DNA of 64,000 nt from Firmicutes bacterium CAG:534 (GTDB taxonomy: Bacteria; Pseudomonadota; Gammaproteobacteria; Enterobacterales; Succinivibrionaceae), in contig CAVJLP010000002.1 of the NCBI GenBank assembly GCA_963650525.1, forward strand, positions 3,816-67,815, read 5' to 3'. The position numbers and the translations under genes were made by a program. Numbering within the stretch: the first letter of the stretch is position 1; every line of letters begins with the position of its first letter. The notes beneath the pieces were generated by a model, which did no database searches, was not told the DNA's origin, and saw only the letters and a program-made list of their open reading frames with translations. Of the stretch, positions 1-9,039 are shown one piece after another.

Positions 1-1
1 C

Positions 2-1189
2 CCTGGCGAAATTGTAAAGTTAATAAAACCTTCAGCTGATCGCAGGGATGAGACGTTACTTTGTAAACATATCGCATTATGTGGTGGCTGTCCTCTTGGC
101 AGTTTAAATTTGACAGCTCAGCACCGTTTTAAAATGAAACTTATTGACGAAGCTCTTAAAAAAGCTGGAGTTAATGATTTAAAACAGCAACCATTCGTTG
201 AAACAGAGGCGGATGTGTATCGTCATAAGAGCATAAGATTTTTTGCAAATAGAAACGGTAGCGTTATTCAGGGCTTCTACCAAAGTCGCAGTCATGAGGT
301 CTGTGAGATTGATTCATGTCTTGGTGAGTGTAGTTGGTTTACAGTTCTTGCAGGTGAAATCTGTGTACTATCTGGTATCCATCATGTCAAAGCCTATGAT
401 GAGGCCACTGCTCAGGGACAGCTTAGAGCCCTGATGATGCGTGACTGCGGTGAAAATGAACGACTTGCAGTTTTAACCTCCTATTCATCCTTGCCCGATG
501 CTTTTCTGGAAGATTTAAGAACTCTTTATCAGAAACATCATATCAAGGCCGGATTTGTCCAGTTAAATGAAGATCCTGGCAATAAGATCATAGCTGGCAG
601 TCTTATATCGTTAACCCCAGCACAGACAATCTCTGCAGACATTGGCGGTTATAGCTTTGATGTAGGTCCTAGGACCTTTTTACAGGTAAATTATGATATT
701 GCCCGAAAATTATATGATGTCGCGGTTAAATGGTGTGGCGAAGATCATAGCGCTGAAGCCTTGGATCTGTGTTGTGGTTGCGGCACCATGACTTTACCAC
801 TATCACAGCATTTTCTGAAAGTAACTGGAGTTGAGATAGTACAGGAGGCAACCGATGCAGCATTGCGTAATGCCAAAAGGGCTGGTGTTACCAATGTTGA
901 ATTTATCGCATCCGATCTCAAGGCGGTACTGCCTCAACTTTCAAAGCGCAATATTAAGGGAGTAATAGCAGATCCTCCGCGGGTTGGACTTGGAGATGCT
1001 AACTGCAGGGCCTTAAGGTCATTACCAAAAGGAACTCATCTTGCAGTAATTTTCTGCGGACTTAAGGCTTTGTCCCGTGATGTTGCAGCATTAATAAAAT
1101 CAGGATTTAAGTTACAGGCAGTTCAAGGATTTGATATGTTTCCAAATGCTCATGGGTGCGAGACCTTGTGCCTATTTATCAAAAGCTGA
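2..1189 (+). CDS. rlmD: 23S rRNA (uracil-5-)-methyltransferase, RumA/RlmD family (5' end lies outside the window)
   Basis: The frame is open from nt 2 (PGEIVKLIKPSADRRDETLLCKHIALCGGCPLG...), so the TTG at 110 in the ORF track is internal. Contains a C-x5-C-x2-C Fe-S motif (CKHIALCGGC), SAM-MTase motifs (LDLCCGCGTM, IADPPRVG) and the catalytic-Cys region FCGLKALSRD. Confidence 0.8.
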   Translation, partial: PGEIVKLIKPSADRRDETLLCKHIALCGGCPLGSLNLTAQHRFKMKLIDEALKKAGVNDLKQQPFVETEADVYRHKSIRFFANRNGSVIQGFYQSRSHEVCEIDSCLGECSWFTVLAGEICVLSGIHHVKAYDEATAQGQLRALMMRDCGENERLAVLTSYSSLPDAFLEDLRTLYQKHHIKAGFVQLNEDPGNKIIAGSLISLTPAQTISADIGGYSFDVGPRTFLQVNYDIARKLYDVAVKWCGEDHSAEALDLCCGCGTMTLPLSQHFLKVTGVEIVQEATDAALRNAKRAGVTNVEFIASDLKAVLPQLSKRNIKGVIADPPRVGLGDANCRALRSLPKGTHLAVIFCGLKALSRDVAALIKSGFKLQAVQGFDMFPNAHGCETLCLFIKS

Positions 1190-1326
1190 TCAGCGTAAAA
1201 AATTGGTACAAATTCAGGACAGAGTGCTGCAGGTATGGCTATAAAAAGGATACCTTCACCGCCGTCGTCATGTGGGTATTATCTGCAGGTAGTCAAGATC
1301 AAGGTGCTGGTGGCCGCAGATGTGGG

Positions 1327-1374
1327 AAAAGCATAAGGCTCTAGACGGGTATGTTCTGTGCCTTATGCTTGTTT
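1327..1374. terminator. Hairpin between convergent rlmD and ldhA (possible bidirectional terminator)
   Basis: aagcataaggc (1329-1339) pairs with gccttatgctt (1360-1370). The loop is large (about 20 nt) and the flanking A/T runs are weak. Confidence 0.35.
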
Positions 1375-1386
1375 AGCAGAGATCTA

Positions 1387-2388
1387 TTATTTGGCTTTCA
1401 CCTCATTTACAAGCTCTTGTCCTTCAAAGAAAGCCTTGCAGTTTTCAAGAGTAGTGGTGGCAATGTTAGACATCGCTTCATGGGTAAAGAAGGCCTGATG
1501 TGATGTCACCATTACATTTGAGTAGCTCAGCAGTCTGGCCAAATTGTCGTCTGTGATGACACTTGAGGATTTATCCTGATAGAAATAATTACGTTCCTCT
1601 TCATAGACATCAAGCCCTGCATAGCCTACTTGCCCGGATCTCAGCCCTTCAATCAGATCCTCTGTTGAAATCAAAGGTCCACGACCGGTGTTGATGATCA
1701 TTACGCCTCGCTTCATTTTGGAAATGGAATCGCGATTGATTAGGTGGCGGTTTTGCGGGGTAAGCGGGCAGTTTAAGGAGATGATGTCTGACTCGGAGAA
1801 TAGTTCTTCAAGATCTACATAGCGGATCCCAGCCTTTTTGGCATATTCCTCATCAGGATAAATATCGTAAGCGAGTATATTCATCCCAAATCCCTTGAGT
1901 ATATCGATAAGGCATCTTGCTATACGTCCGGTTCCGACAATACCTGCGGTTTTTCCGAACATATCAAATCCCATAAGTCCATTCAGAGAGAAGTTTCCAT
2001 CGCGGGTACGGACATAGGCGCGATTGGTACGGCGGTTTAGCGTCATGATGAGGGCAACAACATGCTCAGCAATTGCATGAGGTGAATAGGCAGGCACTCT
2101 GACAACCCTGATACCATTATCGCGCGTAGCCTCAAGATCAACGTTATTGAAACCTGCACAACGTAAGGCAATCAGCTTGACTCCCTGCTTTGCTAGGATC
2201 TCAATGACCTTTCTGTCAGCAATGTCGTTAACGAAAATACATATTGCTTTTGCCCCCATTACCATGGAGGCATTTTCTGTGGTTAGAAATGAGCGGTGAT
2301 TTATAAGCTCAAAGCCATAATTTTTGTTGATATCTGCAAAGGTGTGACGATCATATGAGTGGGTGCCAAAGAAGGTTATCTTTTCCAT
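1387..2388 (-). CDS. ldhA: D-lactate dehydrogenase (NAD-dependent 2-hydroxyacid dehydrogenase)
   Basis: Collinear with E. coli LdhA over the full length: ICIFVND, IALRCAGFNNVDL, VVRVPAYSPHAIAEH, MTLNRR, GKTAGIVGTGRI, SLNCPLTP, DVYEEE, TSHQAF. Confidence 0.93.
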   Translation of the reverse strand: MEKITFFGTHSYDRHTFADINKNYGFELINHRSFLTTENASMVMGAKAICIFVNDIADRKVIEILAKQGVKLIALRCAGFNNVDLEATRDNGIRVVRVPAYSPHAIAEHVVALIMTLNRRTNRAYVRTRDGNFSLNGLMGFDMFGKTAGIVGTGRIARCLIDILKGFGMNILAYDIYPDEEYAKKAGIRYVDLEELFSESDIISLNCPLTPQNRHLINRDSISKMKRGVMIINTGRGPLISTEDLIEGLRSGQVGYAGLDVYEEERNYFYQDKSSSVITDDNLARLLSYSNVMVTSHQAFFTHEAMSNIATTTLENCKAFFEGQELVNEVKAK

Positions 2389-2460
2389 AGCTATCTCCTA
2401 AAAATCTCTTTGAAAATATTTAACATGATTTTGATAATAATATTTAAATCTTGAAAATTA

Positions 2461-2837
2461 TTATCTACAGCTACAGGTAGATCTTTCAAAGGCCAATCTT
2501 TCCTCGCCGTTTTCAATATGGATGATGCCACAATACTCAAAGCCGTTTTTTTTAAGCAGATGCTGCATGATGGTATTGTCTTTGTGGGTGTCTATCCTGA
2601 TGTGTTCGTTAATCTTGGCACAGTAGGCGATGATTGCTTTGAAGATCCCGTGAAATTCCGGATTAGAGGTGATGCGGTGAATAACAATATAGGGACTGTT
2701 GTCGCGCCAGTGCCCATCGTTGATTTTCAGATAGGTGGGATCTGGTCCATTCTTAACCACAAATGATCCTGCAATGGCATTCTTGTATTTGATGATTTTG
2801 CAGTCCTTATGTGCAAGATCCTCTGCAATCATTTCAA
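2461..2837 (-). pseudogene. GNAT family N-acetyltransferase, C-terminal fragment (about residues 51-173) of an IS-disrupted gene
   Basis: The 123-aa ORF (2461..2832) starts at an internal Met and lacks the N-terminal ~50 aa of this GNAT family (..DPTYLKINDGHW...PYIVIHRI...IRIDTHKDN..MQHLLKKNGFEYCGII). The missing part is found in frame at 4780..4929 on the other side of the IS. Confidence 0.85.
2832..2837. repeat. Target-site duplication TTTCAA (left copy)
   Basis: An identical hexamer directly abuts both IS ends (2832-2837 and 4779-4784). Removing the IS plus one copy restores the reading frame ..PSIE|MIAEDL.. Confidence 0.8.
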
Positions 2838-2864
2838 CCGAAAAGTTGCATACATAGCCACATA
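2838..2864. repeat. IS terminal inverted repeat (transposase-distal end)
   Basis: ccgaaaagttgcatacatagccacata compared with the reverse complement of 4752-4778, cctgaaagttgcgaacatagccatata. Confidence 0.8.
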
Positions 2865-2867
2865 AAA

Positions 2868-4598
2868 TTATTTTATGACACCAAGTGCCTGTAAGTATAG
2901 ACGGTCGCGCTTGATATGCTCAGTGGACCAACGAATTTTCTTGGCAGCGGTGTTAACAGTGGTCTCCTCAATGCAATCAAAATAGGATAGCTGTTGCTGT
3001 AGCGAATGATTCTCCATCCAGCTTAACAGGGATTTCTCAGCACTTATATTTAGCTTGGTATCGTGAGTTTCATCACCGTTAGGTTTACCTAGCTTTTCTT
3101 TAACCTCATGAAGCTTGGCATAGAGGAAGCTGAGATATCCAAGGGCAACGAACTGTACCATCATACGGCCCTTTAGCACATCTGGAGTCCATACCCTAGG
3201 ACGAGCACCATCAGTGTATTCCTTATCAAGCTTAAAGCAGTCTTCGATACGATTGCGCTTACGATATTTCTTAAGAACCTCAAAGCAATCCTTCTCATGA
3301 TTGGTCAGGATAGTGAAAATGCCATAGCTCTTAGCTCTCTCGTCTAAGTACTTGGTATTGAAATCGATGGAAGTAATTTCACCTTTGCGACGATGAATAA
3401 TAAGCGCCTTCTTTATGGTATTTTGAGCAGACTGGGTAAATTCAGTCTCACCTGCTAAGAGTTGATTTTTAAGCTCTGTGAGCTTGTTATATTCGTTAAT
3501 ACATTGTTGCTGAGCCTTGGTCTCAGAGCGGAATACGTGTAGGTAAAGTCTAAAGGCTTTGGTCTCAATGTCGCCTTTCTTTTTATCTTTAGATGCATGT
3601 TGTCTTTCCCAAGAGAATTCATGCATTAGTCTTACGCTGAAGCCATGAATTTCATTTTGATCAAAGGGACATACTGTAGCCGCGCTATGTAAGGAGTCTA
3701 CCTTATCGATAAAGGCATCCTTGATCCATTTGACATTGTCTGGGCAGGCGGTAATAAAATCCATATGCGAGCGGACTAAATCAAGGATATTGTCTTCAGA
3801 GTAATATCCCTTATCTGTTACTAGCTGTGGACGTTTAAGCTTAAGCACATCAAATTGCTTTAAGGTATTCTCAATTGAGATCACATCAGGAATATTGCCT
3901 GGTTGTTTAGCAAAGGCTATAGGCTGGTGATTCTCCACAGAGTATAAGAGCAGTAGCTTAATGGTATTTAAGCCATCTCCGTCCTTGTTAAAGCCTTGTC
4001 TGGCTTCAATCTGCTTTTCAGAGTAGGTAGAGATAGTAGTAGAGTCATAAGCAATAGAATCGCCTTCTTTTAAGTGCGAAGCACGAGCCTTAAAGTATTT
4101 CTGAATAAAGGTTTCATCAAGTCCAATCTTTTCAAATAGATTGTGATAAGAGCTTTCTCCTATAAATCCATCATAGGGAATGGCATGGGTTAATTGCCAG
4201 TTCTCAAAGGCTGATAAGGTATTGTGATCAGATACCACCAAATAACGTGCCAAAGATATGATCTTTAATGCTGTGTCAGGATCATCTGCATAACATTTCT
4301 CTACATCGGCATCAATCTTTGAGCTCTTTCCTACCCAATCTAAGATCTCAGTCATCCCCACACGTACGCGTGTAGCTTCCCTTACCTGTTGCATCTCCTC
4401 CTTGGTGCGTCTTGGGCGAGTCTTTCTTATTTCACCAGTCTTAGGATCTTTAATGCCCATAAGCTTTTCAGACAAGATCTTCATCTTCTTAGTTTCGCGA
4501 TCATATTGAACTATACGCTTATAGACATAGATATCACCATTAGGACGTTTACGTTCAACAAGGATTTCACGAGTCTGACCAGTATAAGGGCGAGCCAT
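2868..4598 (-). CDS. IS4/IS1634-family DDE transposase
   Basis: 576 aa. DDE candidates are YDSTTIST, LVTDKGYYSEDN and the IS4 signature Y-x2-R-x3-E-x6-K, readable as YRKRNRIEDCFKLDK. Confidence 0.85.
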   Translation of the reverse strand: MARPYTGQTREILVERKRPNGDIYVYKRIVQYDRETKKMKILSEKLMGIKDPKTGEIRKTRPRRTKEEMQQVREATRVRVGMTEILDWVGKSSKIDADVEKCYADDPDTALKIISLARYLVVSDHNTLSAFENWQLTHAIPYDGFIGESSYHNLFEKIGLDETFIQKYFKARASHLKEGDSIAYDSTTISTYSEKQIEARQGFNKDGDGLNTIKLLLLYSVENHQPIAFAKQPGNIPDVISIENTLKQFDVLKLKRPQLVTDKGYYSEDNILDLVRSHMDFITACPDNVKWIKDAFIDKVDSLHSAATVCPFDQNEIHGFSVRLMHEFSWERQHASKDKKKGDIETKAFRLYLHVFRSETKAQQQCINEYNKLTELKNQLLAGETEFTQSAQNTIKKALIIHRRKGEITSIDFNTKYLDERAKSYGIFTILTNHEKDCFEVLKKYRKRNRIEDCFKLDKEYTDGARPRVWTPDVLKGRMMVQFVALGYLSFLYAKLHEVKEKLGKPNGDETHDTKLNISAEKSLLSWMENHSLQQQLSYFDCIEETTVNTAAKKIRWSTEHIKRDRLYLQALGVIK

Positions 4599-4751
4599 AG
4601 TTGATACCTCTATAATTTGGCTATAAATATATTTTGATTATATAGCCATATTAAATAAAAGTAAAGAAAAAAGTGACCAAAACAGCCACTTTTTTTTAAT
4701 TTTTGCTCAAATCCTATTAAAAGCTGCCCAAAATCATCAATTCAGGTCTTA

Positions 4752-4778
4752 TATATGGCTATGTTCGCAACTTTCAGG
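4752..4778. repeat. IS terminal inverted repeat (transposase-proximal end)
   Basis: tatatggctatgttcgcaactttcagg is the partner of 2838-2864. It lies about 150 nt upstream of the transposase start. Confidence 0.8.
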
Positions 4779-4784
4779 TTTCAA
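4779..4784. repeat. Target-site duplication TTTCAA (right copy)
   Basis: See 2832-2837. Confidence 0.8.
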
Positions 4785-4929
4785 TGCTCGGGTAGCCTTT
4801 TGGCCACTGATTAGGATTGTCATTAGCAATCATGAGTTTGCGGGAGCTTTCAATAAGCTTCATGATTTCATTGAGATCTCCTGTATCTGCAGTAACAATT
4901 GCAATATTATCTTTCAATTCCTGTCTCAT
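4780..4929 (-). pseudogene. GNAT family N-acetyltransferase, N-terminal fragment (residues 1-50)
   Basis: Hand translation of the minus strand from ATG 4929 gives MRQELKDNIAIVTADTGDLNEIMKLIESSRKLMIANDNPNQWPKGYPSIE. It then runs one codon into the IS repeat and hits TGA. This matches the expected N-terminus of the family (..NP.QW...YPS.E.I..D). Confidence 0.8.
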
Positions 4930-5029
4930 ACCGTGTCTACTTTGGGGGACATATCTGTTGTTAAAGTATTTGTATCAAGTGTTAAAAATCGCCCGTTTAC
5001 TTTCTAACTACAGCCGATAAAACAAACTA

Positions 5030-5060
5030 AAAAGGAGCTGATTTATTGGCAGCTCCTTTT
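5030..5060 (-). terminator. Rho-independent terminator downstream of the YkvI-like gene
   Basis: aaaaggagctg / cagctcctttt form an 11-bp stem with a 9-nt loop. On the minus strand it is followed by a T-rich tract (tagtttgtttt). Confidence 0.6.
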
Positions 5061-5090
5061 GAATTTCACTTCATTTTAAATTAGGGATTG

Positions 5091-6209
5091 TTATTTGTCT
5101 TGGGTGATCGCTTTATCCTTCATGAAGTACACCTTGGCAAACACGATCAGGATAAAGAAGATACCTATCTGGCCATTTAACGGATAAAGTATGCCGATTA
5201 GCTTGCCAAAGCCTATCTGTGCTCCAAAGTAGGCTATAACACCTAAAATCAGAGTGATAACTAATCTTACGCTCTTACTGCCGATAAACTGCTCGGTCTT
5301 GTTGATGATAACCCAGAACATAGGTGCTGCAGTTGAGTAGATGCCCAGCAGCAAAATCACAGAGAAGAACATTGCCAGTACAGGGGTAAACTGATTTGCC
5401 AGATAGATATTTGGAACTTGAAGTTTGGCAATTTCATCAGGGAAGCACAGCATGGCTGCCATCATAATGCCAGATGCCAGCATAATAACAACGCCACCAA
5501 TAAAGCCACCAAGGAAGGCCTCTTTGCTAGAGTTTGCTTTTGAGCCTAATGCAGTAAAGAAGGGGGTTGAACCAAAGACCATGCAGGTTGCATAGAGCAC
5601 ACCTGAAAACCAGGCAGAATCCAATGCAGAATACTGGGCAAACCACCATGATTTGGTTGCTCTTAAATCATAAATCACTTCCCAGTTCTTGGCCCAGTCA
5701 CCATTGAAGTTAATTAAGGTAACGATACCAATAATTAGAGTGAAAATGATGATCACAGGTCCGATGGTACCCACAAGATCTGCAAGTTTTTGCAGGCCAA
5801 GGAATACGGTTATAATGCATAATACTGCCATAAAAATGGAACCTGAGGCAGCAGGCAGACCAAAATATTCAGATGCCAGTGCGCCTGTTCCTGCTATCAT
5901 GATGGATACAACGCTAAACAGGAAGATGATGGTTAACCATTCAAGGAAAATTCCTAAATATTTACCACAGTAGTATCTGAATACCTGAGTGTGATGCTTG
6001 AGCTGAAGCTCGTAGCCCTTTTGCATTAGGGCTCCGCCTAGGAATGCAAACAGGAACATGCTGACAAGGATACCAATCAGCCCCTTGGGTCCGAAGGATC
6101 CAAAAAACTGCATGATTTCCTGACCTGTTGCGTAGCCTGAGCCAATGATGAAGGCACAATAGGCACCGGCAAACATAATGACATTGCGTATGCTTACTTT
6201 GTTGTTCAT
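5091..6209 (-). CDS. YkvI-family membrane protein (putative amino-acid/solute transporter)
   Basis: 372 aa, polytopic and very hydrophobic. The N-terminal motif GSGYATGQEIMQFF is typical of the YkvI/COG3949 family. Confidence 0.6.
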   Translation of the reverse strand: MNNKVSIRNVIMFAGAYCAFIIGSGYATGQEIMQFFGSFGPKGLIGILVSMFLFAFLGGALMQKGYELQLKHHTQVFRYYCGKYLGIFLEWLTIIFLFSVVSIMIAGTGALASEYFGLPAASGSIFMAVLCIITVFLGLQKLADLVGTIGPVIIIFTLIIGIVTLINFNGDWAKNWEVIYDLRATKSWWFAQYSALDSAWFSGVLYATCMVFGSTPFFTALGSKANSSKEAFLGGFIGGVVIMLASGIMMAAMLCFPDEIAKLQVPNIYLANQFTPVLAMFFSVILLLGIYSTAAPMFWVIINKTEQFIGSKSVRLVITLILGVIAYFGAQIGFGKLIGILYPLNGQIGIFFILIVFAKVYFMKDKAITQDK

Positions 6210-6216
6210 GATGTTC

Positions 6217-7332
6217 TCACTTTGACTGTTTAATTTGTTGTTCTACCTTTTGAAGACGGGCAATTAATTCATCTACCTTGTCATCATCTGGTACTCTTAG
6301 GCGTACATGGCGTTTGCCAATACCTTCGAAATCAACTCCTTTTTCAATTTTAATATGCTCAGCATCAAGTGCTGCTGCAAGATCGATATCCTCGGTGACA
6401 TAGTAAAGTGCAATAGGTACATTAAGCGAAGTCTTAGATACCTTGATAACATCTAGACTGTCGATAATTTTCTGCTTGCTCTTACGGATTTTTTTGATTG
6501 AATCATCAACAAACTGCTGATCTGATAACGCATGTGGAACGAGCTCACAGGCAATAGTAGTGATGTTCATTTCACCGGCACATCTGTTGATAACATTTAT
6601 GGCAGCCTCTGGCATGACGATATAGCCTGCTCGTACAGCTCCTAGGCCAAAGCCCTTGGAGAAGGTTTTTACCACTAACAGATTTTCATAGGAATTTATT
6701 AGTGTTACTGCTGAATCCTGTTTGGCTTCAAAATCGCCATAGGCCTCATCGATTAAAACCATGACTTCCATTTTCAACGCTGCATCGAGGATTTTTTTGA
6801 TATCAGCTAATGGAATATGCTGTCCGGTCGGATTATTGGGATTATCTATATAAACCAGACGATGCTCAGGCTTTATTGCCTGGATAAATTTATCCACATC
6901 AAATTTAAAGCTCTGATCTTCGCACAAGGGCACATGATCAATGAGAGCTCCACAGGAGCGGGCATGGGTTACATAGGATGAGAAGCATGGCAAGGATACG
7001 AGTATATGGGAGCCTGCGTCTAGGAACATATTATTAATGGTACACAGGGCACTCATGGATCCACTTTGCATTGATATCTGCTCAGGCTTTAGAGCAGTGG
7101 TATCACTCCAGTACTGTGCAACAGCCTTGCACGTATTAGTATAGGGATATGGAGGATAGCTGTTTAATGAGCTAAAGGATGAAGCGTAGATTTCTTTGGT
7201 AATTTTAGGTGATACGCCATATGGGTTGACGCCCAAAGAGCAGTCTATGATATCAGCAGGCTCTTTATTGCTATCTGAAAGATAGCTCATTGACTTTAGC
7301 CATTCAATAGCCGGTCTTACACGGTACTTCAT
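6217..7332 (-). CDS. PLP-dependent aminotransferase, class I/II (HisC/CobD-like)
   Basis: Contains DNPNNPTG, IDEAYGDF and the PLP-lysine motif KTFSKGFGLGAVRAGY. It sits 7 nt upstream of the YkvI-like gene, so they probably form an operon. Confidence 0.75.
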   Translation of the reverse strand: MKYRVRPAIEWLKSMSYLSDSNKEPADIIDCSLGVNPYGVSPKITKEIYASSFSSLNSYPPYPYTNTCKAVAQYWSDTTALKPEQISMQSGSMSALCTINNMFLDAGSHILVSLPCFSSYVTHARSCGALIDHVPLCEDQSFKFDVDKFIQAIKPEHRLVYIDNPNNPTGQHIPLADIKKILDAALKMEVMVLIDEAYGDFEAKQDSAVTLINSYENLLVVKTFSKGFGLGAVRAGYIVMPEAAINVINRCAGEMNITTIACELVPHALSDQQFVDDSIKKIRKSKQKIIDSLDVIKVSKTSLNVPIALYYVTEDIDLAAALDAEHIKIEKGVDFEGIGKRHVRLRVPDDDKVDELIARLQKVEQQIKQSK

Positions 7333-7489
7333 GAAAATTCCTTAGGATTGATTTTTCATGATTGTATGTGTTGTAGCAAAATATCGTCAAAGACACGGTA
7401 AAGATGCACTACATCTGAGCGGCCAATTTAGTGGGAATGTGATCTTAGGCATTATCTATGAGAGGAGCTTCTCCTTATGGATCGGAAAA

Positions 7490-8407
7490 TTATAAGGAGA
7501 TATCCAAGCTGAAATCGGAGTCTTTTATTTTGTGAGAGTGATGAGTTGTGTGTGGGGCTAGGTATTGAATGCCGTATTTTGCAACAATTTTCTGAGTAAA
7601 TCCCTCGTGAGTCATCTGATTTAATGTACGGGTTAAAGATTCTGCCACTATACGATTTCCATTTTTATGAAAAGCGATCCCTATGGATACAGCCTCCAGA
7701 TACTCTTCTAATATTTGGTATCTTTTGTCATTGCCGGCTAATGATGCCAACACTGCCTCATGGGCTGCAAAGGCATCACAGGCTTTTTGCTGGAAGGCAG
7801 TATAGGTCTGCTCAATACTGTTAAAGACCAATAAGGCTGATTCAACGGGAAATTTTTTAAGATCAGGGCTGAAATGGTGCTTGAAAAGCTCATCTGGTTT
7901 AGAAGAATTCTGAACGCAGATCCTACGTCCGTTTAAGTCATCAAGAGTATTAATGTTGTCTGCAGAACGGACCATAATGCTCTGCCTGCTGGCCATGTAG
8001 GGGCCTACCCATGTATACATGTTTTCACGACCTTCCATGGTAAAGCAACTTATAATGGCATCTATTTCTGCTTTATCTAGCAGTTCATTTTTATCTGACC
8101 ATTTAATGATCCGGAAAACAGGGTTATAGCCTAAGCGTTTACAGGCTTCAACTATCAGATCATGATCAATGCCGGTAAATTTACCTTCATCATCTAAGAA
8201 GAAATAAGGGGCATAAATATCAGCGCCGAAGATTAAATTTTGCTGAGCTGAAAAATTAGGACTCTTATCGTTCACATATGCATGTGCATCTTTGCTACCT
8301 GCTGTAATGCAAAAAAGTGAAATAAGGCTCACAATACACAGCAAGAGAAAAGATCTGGCAGAATTTCTGCATATTTTCGATAAAGACTCTAATTGTTTTG
8401 TGAGCAT
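7490..8407 (-). CDS. Periplasmic substrate-binding protein, family 3 (amino-acid-binding type), orphan
   Basis: Has an N-terminal signal/anchor and an SBP_bac_3-like core (GIDHDLI.EACKRLGY...IKW...LL....IDAIIS). Ends in a His-rich tail (HTTHHSHK). No permease or ATPase gene is adjacent. Confidence 0.6.
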   Translation of the reverse strand: MLTKQLESLSKICRNSARSFLLLCIVSLISLFCITAGSKDAHAYVNDKSPNFSAQQNLIFGADIYAPYFFLDDEGKFTGIDHDLIVEACKRLGYNPVFRIIKWSDKNELLDKAEIDAIISCFTMEGRENMYTWVGPYMASRQSIMVRSADNINTLDDLNGRRICVQNSSKPDELFKHHFSPDLKKFPVESALLVFNSIEQTYTAFQQKACDAFAAHEAVLASLAGNDKRYQILEEYLEAVSIGIAFHKNGNRIVAESLTRTLNQMTHEGFTQKIVAKYGIQYLAPHTTHHSHKIKDSDFSLDISL

Positions 8408-8701
8408 ACTAATTTAAGATCGCCTTTTTATAGAAAACGGTAGTGCTTTCTTTTATATATCTAACATGCAAGGATTACTGCAATGCGCTTTATCAGCACA
8501 ACCATACATCTTAGCAAAGATTTACTATACAGCTCTTATTGCCCACTGTTTTTGTTATCTGTTTTGGAGGGGGGCAGATAAAAACAAAATATTTTGGGTG
8601 GATGGGGAGAGTATAGCTTTTGATATCTATACTATGCAGATATCTGTAAATATAACTTTTGCTTAAGGATAACGGGCATTATTGCCATTATAGGAGACAG
8701 C

Positions 8702-8983
8702 ATGGCGACATCAAAAAAGCCTAGGATCAAGATAACCTTGATTGAAAGACGAGGTAGCAAAGGCTGTTCCCGCGGTCATCGCATCGGGGATTCATGGGAT
8801 TACGATACACAAAGGGGGGCTTTATGTCCTTTTGTAATGCATACAGCATTTGTATATGCTGATATTTTGCGCTATGGCGGAAAGATGTCTGAGGAAGAGC
8901 CTGATGTTGCTAGATTTTGCTGCCCTGATCCTGATGTTTTAAACATTTTTAGAGTAGAAAGAGTGAAGGATGATCAGAAATAG
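8702..8983 (+). CDS. Small Cys/His-rich protein, TIGR04076-like
   Basis: 93 aa with the pattern IKITLIE..G.KGCSRGHRIGDSW...........CPF..H........L.YGG......PDVARFCCPDPD....F.VERV. This matches my recollection of the TIGR04076 family. SD-like aggag lies upstream. Confidence 0.5.
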   Translation: MATSKKPRIKITLIERRGSKGCSRGHRIGDSWDYDTQRGALCPFVMHTAFVYADILRYGGKMSEEEPDVARFCCPDPDVLNIFRVERVKDDQK

Positions 8984-9039
8984 TCTTTTCTTTTGACGAT
9001 GAGTTAAGTCTACTGATATCTGTCTTGGGATATATATAT

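Larger units (their letters stand above)
2838..4778 (-). mobile_element. Complete IS4-superfamily (IS1634-like) insertion sequence, about 1.94 kb
   Basis: Single 576-aa DDE transposase ORF. Bounded by 27-bp imperfect terminal inverted repeats (22/27 matches) and a 6-bp direct target duplication. Inserted inside a GNAT gene. Confidence 0.85.

Noticed and set aside
4817-5020. Plus-strand 67-aa ORF.
   Set aside because: It lies opposite the minus-strand N-terminal fragment of the IS-disrupted GNAT gene, which translates into a convincing family N-terminus. The plus-strand ORF is an artefact.
8408-8701. G-rich patches (ggaggggggcag, ggatggggagag) upstream of the TIGR04076/aldolase pair, considered as a glycine or other riboswitch.
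   Set aside because: I could not find the conserved cores of any riboswitch class I know (for example the glycine riboswitch GGAGAG...CACCG...ACCGAAGGGGCAA). Only short local palindromes are present.
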